Source: an uncultured delta proteobacterium (GTDB taxonomy: Bacteria; Desulfobacterota; Binatia; Bin18). From it: a DNA stretch of 64,000 nucleotides. Below are positions 1 to 9,433 of the stretch, piece after piece; the stretch's first letter is position 1, and every line of letters starts with the position of its first letter. The DNA is taken from contig CAVTCR010000050.1 in assembly GCA_963733195.1 (NCBI GenBank), forward strand, positions 192,001-256,000. Direction: 5' to 3'. Position numbers and translations under genes: made by a program. The notes beneath the pieces are model-generated. The model searched no databases. It saw nothing but the letters and a program-made list of their open reading frames with translations, and had not been told where the DNA came from.

Positions 1-9
1 TTTATCTCC

Positions 10-1465
10 GTGCTGCTCAGGCTCTGCGTGCTTCTCATAGGGGTGGTGGGTCTCGGTACTGGGGCGAGTGCCCAGACGGGGTGTCATTACTATGCCTCCC
101 CGACCGGCACGGGGAACGGGCTTTCTCCCGCAACCCCGTTTAAGGTCAACAATTTTTGGGCAGTCGCGGCTCCAGGGAAGACCCTGTGCCTGTTAGATGG
201 GGCGTATAGCGGGTCAGAATCGATGATTGACCCGCCGGATAATTTGAGTGGCACCCAAGGGAACCCCATTACGGTCCGGGCCCTGAATGATGGGGCAGTG
301 AGGATTGACGGGGGAGGGCGCACGGCACGTCATCGATCTCATCGAACAGTAACGACTGGTTTGTTGTTGAGGGGATTAGATGACGCGCAGTGGCTCTCAA
401 AGTTGGGGTCGGCGAGCGGTCACTCGCTAGTGATAATAATATTATGCGTTGTGTTGTCTGCTGGGACATTTCACCGTCCACCGGGGACGGGGATGGCGCG
501 GATTACGTACCGAAGGAATACTAACGTCAACAGGGGAAACGCTGTTTGAAGACGTGGCTTGTTTTGGGCGCGGTCGAAAAATATTTTACCAATGCGCAGG
601 GAGGCAACTAGTGGTCAGTATTCAAGCTCGACTTTTAGGCGCGTCTGGGGGAGATGGGAAGGCAAGTACGGATACTGTTGCTAATCCGAAACACACCTTT
701 GAATTGTTCGTATAACTCGTGGTAATACCATATTTGAGAATATCATTGGGACATGGGACGATTCTGGGCAGCCAAGTTTGAGCGAACCTGAAGGCGCTCG
801 ATTTTCTGGGCGCACGTCAAACCAGCTCCAGGTGCGATATGCCTATTAACCGTCATGGGATGATCCAAATCCTGGGTTCCATATTGGCTGATTAATGACT
901 GGAGATCTAACATGACTTCAGGCAAAACCTGAGAGATAGCGTCCGCGAGGCAAAGCGATAAATTACCCGTTGACCAGATTCTCTTGGCAAACGAACTCCC
1001 TGTTTTTCCTGGAGCCGGAAGATGTCGTTTGCAGGGAAAAGAGCCATTGCGTATGGACAATATGAGCATCCCAGGCACGCAGTTATTTCTCAGGGCCGGG
1101 GGGATGAGTGTCGCCAAAATTGGTGGAAGCGCGCATCAGTGTATATTGGCAGCGAGTGGAAGAAAGACAAACATTTCGTGAAGGGGCAACGATAGAGGCG
1201 GCTATTGGTTCCGGGAACAGTATTCATGGACCGAAGGTACCAGGGGCTGCGCAAGCGCTATCAGGATGGGGTTCTTACTGGCGAGCCGCTCTGGCCATGG
1301 CCGATGAACCAGCGCATTAAGAACGCCATGATGGCATCGGGCAGGTCTCCGGTTGATGTAACCCAAACGGTGACCCGGATATTTGGTCCAATTCCTCAGA
1401 GGTGCCTTAGGAGCAATAGTAATAGTAGTGTGGGCGCACCAGCTAACCTGCGTATAACCCAATAG
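10..1465 (+). pseudogene. Secreted right-handed beta-helix / pectate-lyase-like protein, broken by several frameshifts
   Basis: Signal peptide, then YYASPTGTGNG..PGKTLCLLDGAY..SGTQGNPITVRALNDGAVRIDG; C-terminal piece GEPLWPWPMNQRI..APANLRITQ in ORF 1205..1465. Confidence 0.55.
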
Positions 1466-1633
1466 TAATTATTCTGGACTGAAGGGAAGCGTAAACCATT
1501 ATGACACCTGATATGGGATGCATAACGTTTAAGTGGCAAATAACCGAAGCGATAGATATTTCTTTATCATCGCATTTCCGCAATGGGTTCGGACACTGTT
1601 TTAGAGAAACGTGTAAGTAGTGGGAAAGGTTGA

Positions 1634-1707
1634 TAGCGGCGGGCGGAATCGAACCGCCGACCTAGGGATTATGAGACCCTCGCTCTAGCCTACTGAGCTA
1701 CGCCGCC
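1634..1707 (-). tRNA. tRNA with CAT anticodon, probably elongator tRNA-Met; CCA not encoded
   Basis: GGCGGCGTAGCTCAGTAGGCTAGAGCGAGGGTCTCATAATCCCTAGGTCGGCGGTTCGATTCCGCCCGCCGCTA folds as a cloverleaf. Confidence 0.93.
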
Positions 1708-1712
1708 ACATG
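1670..1712. repeat. att-like 43-bp direct repeat, copy 1 (tRNA 5' half plus 5 nt leader)
   Basis: TATGAGACCCTCGCTCTAGCCTACTGAGCTACGCCGCCACATG is identical at 4221..4263. Confidence 0.92.
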
Positions 1713-1746
1713 AGGAAAGTCAGGTGACTTACAGACAATTGCAGGG

Positions 1747-2095
1747 TCAACTCCGAGGAAGGGTAAGTTGAAGGGTAGTTGTTTGAGCGGTCAACGCACT
1801 TTCTATCCGTTTCGCAGCTTCCCGTAAGTCCCCATCCGACACAATGTGATAGCGGTCAAAGATGTTGCGTGTCTTATGACCACTCATTTGCATTGCTACT
1901 CGTTCAGGGATACCTGCTCTCACCATATTTCTCACTGCCGTTCGTCTGAAGTCGTGCGGAATCCTACCAACAAGCCCCGCTTCCTGGCAAGCCCGGTGCC
2001 AACGCTTGTAGTAGTTCGCAATCTTTCGCCCATAGTCATGAAAAACAAGTGGACACTGAGGATCGCGGGTAGTGTCTTCAATCTGTTGGTATGAG
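1747..2095 (-). pseudogene. Tyrosine recombinase/integrase, C-terminal catalytic fragment
   Basis: RIPHDFRRTAVRNM (HxxR), SGHKT and FDRY motifs; no recognisable N-terminal domains. Confidence 0.85.
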
Positions 2096-2370
2096 AACAA
2101 GCGGCTATGAGGGAGCGAGAGAGGAGAACTGCCGATGGTGGAAGCAGTCGTACGGTGTCCGCACTGTCGAGTGACACGGTAGTGAAGTATGGCCGGGCAA
2201 GTAATGGCAAGGCGCGGTGTCGCTGTCTGCAATAGGTTGACACGCGCCCTCGACATCGAATAGGGTTACCGTCGTTCAACAGACGTCGGCGTCAGCGGGG
2301 CGGAGGCTGAGCCCAGCAAAGACCGTTCGAGCACCGCAGGGGCTGACGCGCGCGCCAAGGAGCCACTGGT

Positions 2371-3792
2371 ATGCGTCATCTGCTTATCCATCTCATCAAT
2401 CCGAAGACCGATTCACTGACCACGCGGCCCCTGTATCTGAATCGGGCCCTGTACTCGCCGCTGGCCGGCTTGCTCGCCGTCGCCGGGGCCCTGCCGCGCG
2501 ATCGCTGCGAGGTGGTGCTGACCGACGAGAACATCGAGGCGATCGATTTCGACCTCAAGGCAGACCTGGTCGGCATCTCCGCCATGACCTGTTACGTGAA
2601 CCGCGGCTACGAGATTGCCGATGCGTTCCGGGAGCGCGGGGTGCCAGTAGTGATGGGGGGGGTGCACCCGAGTTTCATGCCGCAGGAGGCGCTCAAGCAT
2701 TGCGACGCAGTGGTGATCGGCGAGGCGGAGTTAGTGCTTCCCCAACTCCTCGACGACCTCGAACGGGGCGTGATGCGTGGCACGTACAAGGCGGAGAGGC
2801 TGCACCCGATGGAAGGTCTGCCAATGCCACGGTATGACCTGATCAAAAAGAACCGGTATGTGAACCGGACGTTCGTGCAAACCTCCCGCGGCTGTCACCA
2901 GGGCTGTACGTTCTGCGCCGAGCCGCTGATGAACGGGCTCAAGTTTCGCTACCGTCCGGTGGAAGACGTGATCCGCGAAGTCGAGAGCTGCGGCTCGCGC
3001 CTCATCTCGATCAACGATGCCGACTTCTTCGGCACGCCGGAGCGTCCGAAGGAGGTCATGCGCGCCCTCAAGGGGCGGGGCATCCACTGGCAGGCCGGCG
3101 TTACCTCAAAGCTCGCGCAGGACGACCATATGCTCGAGCTTGCGGCCGAGAGCGGCTGCACCTTACTGAGTATCGGCTTTGAGTCGATCACGCGCTCGAC
3201 CCTGACGAGCGTCCACAAGCACGTGAACCGTCCCGACACCTTCGCGGCCTTGGTGGAAAAAGTGCACTCCTACGGGATCATGGTGTTCGGCCTCTTCATG
3301 TTCGGGTTTGACGGCGACGACGGCTCAGTCTTCGAGGAGACCGCCCGGTTCAATATCGACGCGGACTATGATGCCTGCGCCTATTCGGTCCTCACGCCCT
3401 ATCCGGGCACCCTGACCTGGTACGAGATGAAGAAGGCCGATCGCATCGTCTCCTTTGATTGGACAAAATATGACCAGGGAAATGTGGTCTATCGACCGGC
3501 ACAGATGTCGGGTGACGAACTCCGACTCGGGCAGGCCTCTGCCTATGAGACGTTTTACGCGCCGTCATCAATCCTCCGTCGCTTCCCGCTGCGCGGGGGG
3601 CGCAATCGGCTCCAGTGGTCCATCTACAATCTGTTCATGAAAAAAGGTGCAGCGACGGATCGTAAGGAGGCGATTGCCGAGCCGACCATAGCCCCCGCCA
3701 CAGCGCCGATGCCCCCCCTTCTACCGCTCAAGCGGGAGTGGCGCCAAGCGGTGGTGGAAGCGACAGGGGCCGCCGGGCTGGATGGTCAATGA
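2371..3792 (+). CDS. B12-binding domain radical SAM protein
   Basis: N-terminal cobalamin-binding region (VVMGGVHPS, VVIGEAE); SRGCHQGCTFC CxxxCxxC motif; IGFES; TPYPGT. Confidence 0.9.
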   Translation: MRHLLIHLINPKTDSLTTRPLYLNRALYSPLAGLLAVAGALPRDRCEVVLTDENIEAIDFDLKADLVGISAMTCYVNRGYEIADAFRERGVPVVMGGVHPSFMPQEALKHCDAVVIGEAELVLPQLLDDLERGVMRGTYKAERLHPMEGLPMPRYDLIKKNRYVNRTFVQTSRGCHQGCTFCAEPLMNGLKFRYRPVEDVIREVESCGSRLISINDADFFGTPERPKEVMRALKGRGIHWQAGVTSKLAQDDHMLELAAESGCTLLSIGFESITRSTLTSVHKHVNRPDTFAALVEKVHSYGIMVFGLFMFGFDGDDGSVFEETARFNIDADYDACAYSVLTPYPGTLTWYEMKKADRIVSFDWTKYDQGNVVYRPAQMSGDELRLGQASAYETFYAPSSILRRFPLRGGRNRLQWSIYNLFMKKGAATDRKEAIAEPTIAPATAPMPPLLPLKREWRQAVVEATGAAGLDGQ

Positions 3793-3924
3793 GCCGACGC
3801 CTTGGCGCTAGGCTCTTTTCGCAGAACATGGGAGGCAGAGGGTTTTGTTCACCGAAATGCAAAAACAGAGATGCAGTCCAACGGTTTCGGGAACGTCATA
3901 GCGAAGAATTGCGAACCAAGGCCC

Positions 3925-4125
3925 GTGACCAAGCGGGAACGCGTTGTTGTGCACCGTCGCGGGAAGGCCGTTGCTGCTTTGATTCCTTTGGAAGACCTTG
4001 CCTTGATGGAAGAGTTGGAAGACCAGAAAGATATCGAGGAGTACCGGGTTGCTAAAGAGGAGTGGGAACGTGACGGAAGGAAGACGGTACCGTGGGTGAA
4101 GGTCAAGGCGGACCTCGGACTCTAG
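3925..4125 (+). pseudogene. Phd/YefM-family antitoxin, N-terminally truncated
   Basis: ERVVVHRRGKAVAALIPLEDLALMEELED..VPWVKVKADLGL. Confidence 0.7.
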
Positions 4126-4136
4126 CTTCTTCCCGA

Positions 4137-4220
4137 TCCTATCGGCTCGAATTCACCACGGGCGCGGATCGGCATTCCGCAACTTCTCCAAAGCCATTCA
4201 AGAACGCCTCACCCCTCACC
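4137..4220 (+). pseudogene. RelE/ParE-family toxin N-terminal remnant
   Basis: SYRLEFTTGADR / FRNFSKAIQERLTPH across a frameshift, right after the antitoxin; ends at the att repeat. Confidence 0.55.
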
Positions 4221-4263
4221 TATGAGACCCTCGCTCTAGCCTACTGAGCTACGCCGCCACATG
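4221..4263. repeat. att-like direct repeat, copy 2 (displaced tRNA 5' half)
   Basis: Identical to 1670..1712. Confidence 0.92.
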
Positions 4264-4277
4264 GTGAAGGAGAGGTT

Positions 4278-4307
4278 TTTATACCAGAGGGGTCAGAGAC
4301 TGGGCAA
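4278..4307 (-). promoter_or_regulatory. Putative sigma70 promoter of the original tRNA locus
   Basis: TTGCCC-N18-TATAAA with TG extension, about 20 nt upstream of the tRNA 5' half. Confidence 0.5.
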
Positions 4308-4394
4308 GTCCAGCGCTCGATTACTGGCCCCAGTTGCGCCATTGCCACTTTCACGCGATCATCGCGCATTCCGCAAGGAAGGAGCGTCACTATA

Positions 4395-5562
4395 ATGAGA
4401 GAAGTCGTTATCGTTTCTGCTGCCCGTACAGGAATTGGCAAGGCGTTTCGAGGCAGCCTCAACAAGACTCATGGAGCAACACTCGCGGCTCATGTCATTA
4501 AGCATGCGGTCGAACGCGCAAAGATTGATCCTGTCGAAATTGAGGACGTAGTACTGGGTTGTGGCCTGCCTGAAGGAGCGACTGGTCATAATATCGCCCG
4601 TGTGGCAGCGTTACGAGCCGGATTGCCGAAAACTACAGCTGGAGTAACGGTCAATCGTTACTGCTCGTCTGGGTTACAGGCGATAAGTATGGCAGCGCAG
4701 AGGATTATTGTCGATGGCGCAGATACTATGGTTGCTGGCGGCGTAGAATCGATCAGCCTCGTACAAGGCTCGCTAAACACTAACAATTTCGTCGAAGAGT
4801 GGATGCATGCGAACCTGAAATCCATTTATTACCCGATGCTCTCAACGGCGGAGATCGTTGCGCAACGTTACAAGGTGTCGCGTGAGTCACAAGATGAATA
4901 CTCATTGATCAGCCAACAACGCACGGCCACCGCGCAAGCCGCAGGGAAATTCAGAGATGAGATCGTCCCGTTCACAACCAACATGGAAGTCACTGACAAA
5001 GCAAGTGGGCAAACCTCTCTTCAGGAAGTAACGCTTTCGCGAGATGAGGGGAACCGTCCAGATACGACGCTTGATAAGCTCACTGCCCTCCCCTCTGTCA
5101 CGAACGGCAGCATTACCGCAGGAAATTCCAGCCAGCTTTCCGATGGTGCAGCCGCCTGCGTGCTGATGGAAGCAAGTATCGCCGCGAAGAAAGGGCTGCA
5201 ACCAATGGGCGTGTATCGTGGTCTCATCGCCACCGGTTGTGAACCTGACGAAATGGGGATTGGGCCGGTGTTCGCTGTTCCCAAACTCCTACAGAGGCAT
5301 GGACTGAAGATGGAAGACATCGGCCTGTGGGAACTACGAAGTTTTTGCCGTGCAGACCTAATTGTCGCGATCGGCTAGGGATTCAATGGAACGATTCGTG
5401 GATGGTGGCGCGATTTCCATCGGTCACCCATACGGCATGAGTGGTGCACGCATGGTCGCCCATGCCCTTGCCGAAGGCAAGCGACGTAGCGTGAAGTATG
5501 TGGTCACAACGATGTGTGTTGGCGGCGGAATGGGCGTCGCTGGTTTATTCGAGGTCAACTAA
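4395..5562 (+). CDS. Acetyl-CoA C-acyltransferase (thiolase), frameshifted near 5335-5400
   Basis: VNRYCSSGLQ, TAGNSSQLSDGAA, GGAISIGHPYGMSG, CVGGGMG. Confidence 0.9.
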
Positions 5563-5568
5563 AAAGAA

Positions 5569-5603
5569 AAGGGGAAAGGATAAGGGATAAGGGGTGGGGA
5601 ATA
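5569..5603 (+). repeat. Heptamer tandem array, left arm
   Basis: AAGGGGA AAGGATA AGGGATA AGGGGTG GGGAATA. Confidence 0.75.
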
Positions 5604-5609
5604 GAAAAG

Positions 5610-5996
5610 AGAGGCTAATCACCAGCTCTGCTTCTTGCAATGACCTGATCTGCGCTGCCAGAGAGCGACTAAGTTCCAAAAGTGAAGTTCGCAAGTCGTT
5701 GTAGTGGACTTGATCGATGAAGCTAAGATCTATGCAACCCGCAGTAGACTGCGAACTTCTCCGGCGGAGCCCTTGGCGATAAGGAGGAAACGAATGTACT
5801 CCTTACGCGAAGAGCGCTCAAAACCTTCAGCGATGTTTGTCGGAACAGACACGGCAGCTCGTTGGAGTTGGTCGCGCAAGCCAAAGTCTTTGCTCAGCTT
5901 GCCTGCGGCTGTGAGGAAGTATACTTGCTTGACCAACTCAATTCCCTTTTGCCAAACCCGTAGATCTTCAAAATTTTCGATTCTTTTCTTCTCCAT
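5610..5996 (-). CDS. Four helix bundle protein (23S rRNA IVS protein / bAvd-like family), frameshift near 5730; 3' end approximate
   Basis: FEDLRVWQKG..DFGLRDQLQRAAVSVPTNIAEGFER..FLLIAKGSAGEVRS; continues DLSFIDQVHYNDLRTSLLELSRSLAAQIRSL in a shifted frame. Confidence 0.88.
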
Positions 5997-5997
5997 G

Positions 5998-6025
5998 TCC
6001 CCTTATCCTTTATCCCTTATCCTTT
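5998..6025 (-). repeat. Heptamer tandem array, right arm, inverted relative to the left
   Basis: Plus strand TCCCCTT ATCCTTT ATCCCTT ATCCTTT. Confidence 0.75.
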
Positions 6026-6068
6026 GCTCCGCTATCTTTGTCTCTATCGGCCAATACACGGAGGACCT

Positions 6069-6950
6069 ATGCCCTCGCTAGGAACGATTGACATCGTTTG
6101 CAACTTATTCACCGAAGAAGAAGTCCGTCTTGGTCGCACTGGTGTAGATGAACATTTCCTTAATCAGGTGCGCTTCCCGCAGGAATTACGTCGCGGAGTG
6201 TCAATAGAAGCCTATCTCGAGAAAATGGACCGTGCCGGAATTCAACGCTCACTCCTCATCGCCGTCCGCGCTGGTGATTTACGCGTTAGGCACTCGTTCG
6301 AAATTCCATACGAGCGGGTCGCAGAGATTTGTCAGAAGTATCCCGACCGGTTCTCTGGTCTTGCGGGTGTGGACCCTACACGCGGGATGCAAGGATTGCG
6401 CGAACTAACCCATGCGGTGCATGAGTATGGTTTTGTTGGTGCGCATCTCTATCCGCATTGGTTTGAGATGGCTCCTGACCATGCCCGCTACTATCCGATC
6501 TATGCCAAGTGTTGTGAGCTTGAGATTCCCATCATGATGCAGGTGGGGCATTGCTTGCGATATCAAAAAGATCGCGTCTTACCGAGTGTCGGTCGCCCAA
6601 TCACTCTCGACCGTGTTGCCATCGATTTCCCTGAACTCACGCTCATTGGCATTCATATTGGTTATCCCTGGACCGAGGAGATGATCTCGGTCGCATGGAA
6701 ACACCCCAATGTCTACATCGGCACCGACGCCTATGCCCCACGCCACTGGCAGTCACCGCTTGTGCAGTTCATTAACACTTGGGGACAAGACAAAGTATTA
6801 TTCGGCACCGATTGGCCGGTGATTGACCCAGAACGAGCAATGGCAGAGGTAGACGGGCTTGAGATCAGACCAGAACCAAGGCGAAAATTATTGCGTGACA
6901 CTGCACTGCGGATTTTTCGCTTGCCAGAGTCCGCAGCAAGGACTAAGTAA
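6069..6950 (+). CDS. Amidohydrolase family protein (Amidohydro_2)
   Basis: YPIYAKCCEL, DFPELTLIGIHIGYPW, KVLFGTDWP; GGAGG RBS. Confidence 0.88.
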   Translation: MPSLGTIDIVCNLFTEEEVRLGRTGVDEHFLNQVRFPQELRRGVSIEAYLEKMDRAGIQRSLLIAVRAGDLRVRHSFEIPYERVAEICQKYPDRFSGLAGVDPTRGMQGLRELTHAVHEYGFVGAHLYPHWFEMAPDHARYYPIYAKCCELEIPIMMQVGHCLRYQKDRVLPSVGRPITLDRVAIDFPELTLIGIHIGYPWTEEMISVAWKHPNVYIGTDAYAPRHWQSPLVQFINTWGQDKVLFGTDWPVIDPERAMAEVDGLEIRPEPRRKLLRDTALRIFRLPESAARTK

Positions 6951-7010
6951 CGAGGACTGAGGGCCGAGCAAAAAAGAGAAAACTCAGTCCTCAGCACTCG
7001 AAACTGAAGA
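6941..7010. repeat. Inverted heptamer arrays forming a hairpin between convergent genes
   Basis: GACTAAG TAACGAG GACTGAG GGCCGAG - 14 nt - CTCAGTC CTCAGCA CTCGAAA CTGAAGA. Confidence 0.65.
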
Positions 7011-7012
7011 AG

Positions 7013-7366
7013 TTACCATTCGAGATCCTGCGGTCGTGGTCCTGGAAGGTTCGGGTCAATCTCCATAGGGGTGGTCTTTAATACTGGTCGGCAGGCATCA
7101 GGAAGTGCTGACAAAAACTCGTCTTGAACGAATTCACTCTCTCCTAGAGTCACGCCATACCCTACACCACCAATCACAGCCATTCCTCCACAGGTCGCGA
7201 TCTTGACCGGAAGCGCAATAATCGTCCCGATGATGCTAAACACCGCACCACCGGTTGCAGTGGGAAGATCGCGCTGTGCCGCACGTACGTTCGCGCCTGT
7301 GAGGAGTTGCACAGAGAACATCATTGCCACTGCTGTCATCACTAGAGTGGTACGTCTCAGTTTCAT
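7013..7366 (-). CDS. Hypothetical secreted/membrane protein
   Basis: GGGAGG RBS, signal peptide, Gly-rich hydrophobic helices. Confidence 0.6.
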   Translation of the reverse strand: MKLRRTTLVMTAVAMMFSVQLLTGANVRAAQRDLPTATGGAVFSIIGTIIALPVKIATCGGMAVIGGVGYGVTLGESEFVQDEFLSALPDACRPVLKTTPMEIDPNLPGPRPQDLEW

Positions 7367-7572
7367 CGTTGCCTCCCTACGCTACGATCCATCGTATTCT
7401 CTCATTCCGCGAGCAAAGTTACAAGGCGAAATCAGACGTAGCATAGAGAAGGGGCAGAAAACTCTCAACCGTTCCTTACGCGCGTCGCTGAGATGCGGCT
7501 CCGTTTGCTGGTAATCGTATTGTATGTTGATCTGAGGAAGAAAATGACAGTGTAATAGGAAGACTCTCAGCG

Positions 7573-7980
7573 ATGGATGTCACGGAAAAAGGACAAACTC
7601 CTTTCCTACGCAAGAGTTTGTTCAGCAATTGGAGCAAAACGGAATACCTCCTGCTGATGATCGTCAGTCTCTATGTGTGTAGTGCCTGGCTTATCACCCG
7701 CGTGTACGACCGTCCCGAGGCGTTTCGTGGGTTATTGTATGTCCCGGTGTCCGGACTCGCCTTCTTTGTCGTATTAATGACCTACCTCATCACTCGTATC
7801 TTCTGGATCATGATATGGTGGCATCCTTACTATTTGATTCGGACACTCCTGCATGACTTCTCGCAGACGCTCTTAAACCCCAAACGCCTCTTGGGTGCCC
7901 TCCCTCTTACCGCGATGTTTTTTGTTTTTTTCGGGTCCTTTTCCAGTATGAAGAGCATGATTCCGATTATTAACCCTTTA
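7573..7980 (+). pseudogene. Truncated membrane protein, probably the N-terminal part of a PAP2/IPC-synthase-like protein
   Basis: TM helices ending FSSMKSMIPIINP, then the ORF runs into the convergent gene. Confidence 0.4.
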
Positions 7981-7997
7981 CGTCTTTCCAATCACCA

Positions 7998-8495
7998 TCA
8001 AAGCTCCACACCAGCATTTCGCAGCAAGGTCTCTAGCTCGGGCATCTGTTGAATGAGCAAATGCAGCAAGTACGGTGTGGCGAGGAAAAGCAGCGCAACA
8101 CTCACTACTACCGTCGTCCACATCCACCGCGCGGTACTGGAGAAATACGTACTCCGCCACAGCAAAGGCAGTGCTAACGGTCCAACAAGCAGCAACATGG
8201 TGACCACATAGGATGGACGATAGTACCAATCAAGCGCATGACCAAAGGCCGCCGCTGTTTTATACGCATCAATCGCGCTGGAGAGCCACACCATTACCAC
8301 CGCCAAGACAACCGTGAGACGGTTTATACTGAAAGCCACACAGCAATTCCTCCCAAGGAGCAAGCAGGATACGAAGATGATAAGACCTTTGCTTCGTTCC
8401 GCATTGTACACTTGGCCAAGCCCAGGAACGACAAGCGAGAGCAGAAACGCAAGGTAAGGATTCTTCTGCGTGGGCAAGAAATGTTTGTTCCTGAC
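7998..8495 (-). CDS. Membrane protein with TM2-like motif (start uncertain)
   Basis: KNPYLAFLLSLVVPGLGQVYN and several TM helices. Confidence 0.6.
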   Translation of the reverse strand, partial: VRNKHFLPTQKNPYLAFLLSLVVPGLGQVYNAERSKGLIIFVSCLLLGRNCCVAFSINRLTVVLAVVMVWLSSAIDAYKTAAAFGHALDWYYRPSYVVTMLLLVGPLALPLLWRSTYFSSTARWMWTTVVVSVALLFLATPYLLHLLIQQMPELETLLRNAGVEL

Positions 8496-9413
8496 TATCG
8501 AATGAGGATAGGATTGGAAGCATAAGTGCCGAAGCACTCTCCCGTTCCAGCAGAGCTTGGCGCAACTTCTCCGCACTGCAGTGTAACTGTGATCCCTTCA
8601 CCAGTCCCAGTCCTACAAATAGCAGCAAAGCCTTCTATCAGCTTGGAACCCGGGTTAACATCATCCACCACAGGAACGATCGTCGCGCTAGGGCACTGCT
8701 GGGGAAGAAGCCCCTCTAGACGCGCCGCTAAATTTGCTAGATCTGGTGGGATTGGCTGCAGAGTAATGGGCGTCCCCACTTGCACTGGTAGCGGAAGAGA
8801 GGCTACTGGCGCTAGCGCGGCAGTTACTAACTCTAAGAGCGGGCGGGGATTCATCACAGCCATCAGGAAAATCCCAGAAAGCCCGCGATATGGCAAGCTG
8901 TGCTAGCTTCTCTCCTGTTGTCTTTATTCCCGGACACGGTAGATGAGCAACTGCACTGAGAGTGATGTTCTCTTGCCCGGTCTCTCCTGCTCCGAAGACG
9001 TTTCTAATACCCGCGAAGAACACCTGTGTCGGCACGTCAGTTATTACGCGTACGCCATTGCACGGGGCACTCCCTCCCCACAGGTTCCAGCTTGACGCTT
9101 CTTGCAGTTCTCCACTGGTCTGATTGTAGTTCATCGGGGCAACGTCGTTCGCTGGACTGACACTACTGTTGACCACATTTTTTTCACTGAATGTGTTTGC
9201 GAGCTCCTCGGCTCTGGTCTTCCGATCGCCAGAATCCTCAATTAGTGCCGCTGCAGCCGCTAAGGCTGCAGCGTCTACTCGCGCCTGGCCTTGAGCTCGC
9301 ACAAACACCAGCCAGCCAGTATCAAGCGCAAGGCCAAGGAATAGAAGAAACAGCAGCAATCCCATGGCCACAAAAACCAGTACCACACCACGATCGTTGC
9401 GTACGGTGTTCAT
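8495..9413 (-). CDS. tadG: TadG-like Flp pilus assembly protein, frameshift near 8840
   Basis: NDRGVVLVFVAMG..LGLALDTG..ARVDAAALAAA; C-terminal part in ORF 8495..8896. Confidence 0.75.
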
Positions 9414-9433
9414 AGTACTTCTCAACTCGGATA

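Larger units (their letters stand above)
1670..4263. mobile_element. Decayed tRNA-targeted integrative element
   Basis: Bounded by 43-bp direct repeats; contains an integrase remnant, TA remnants and GC-rich cargo. Confidence 0.8.

Noticed and set aside
5610-5996. Diversity-generating retroelement suggested by the Avd-like protein
   Set aside because: No reverse transcriptase and no TR/VR pair with adenine-specific mismatches seen. The 23.7-25.2 kb duplication differs in clustered patches, not only at adenines.
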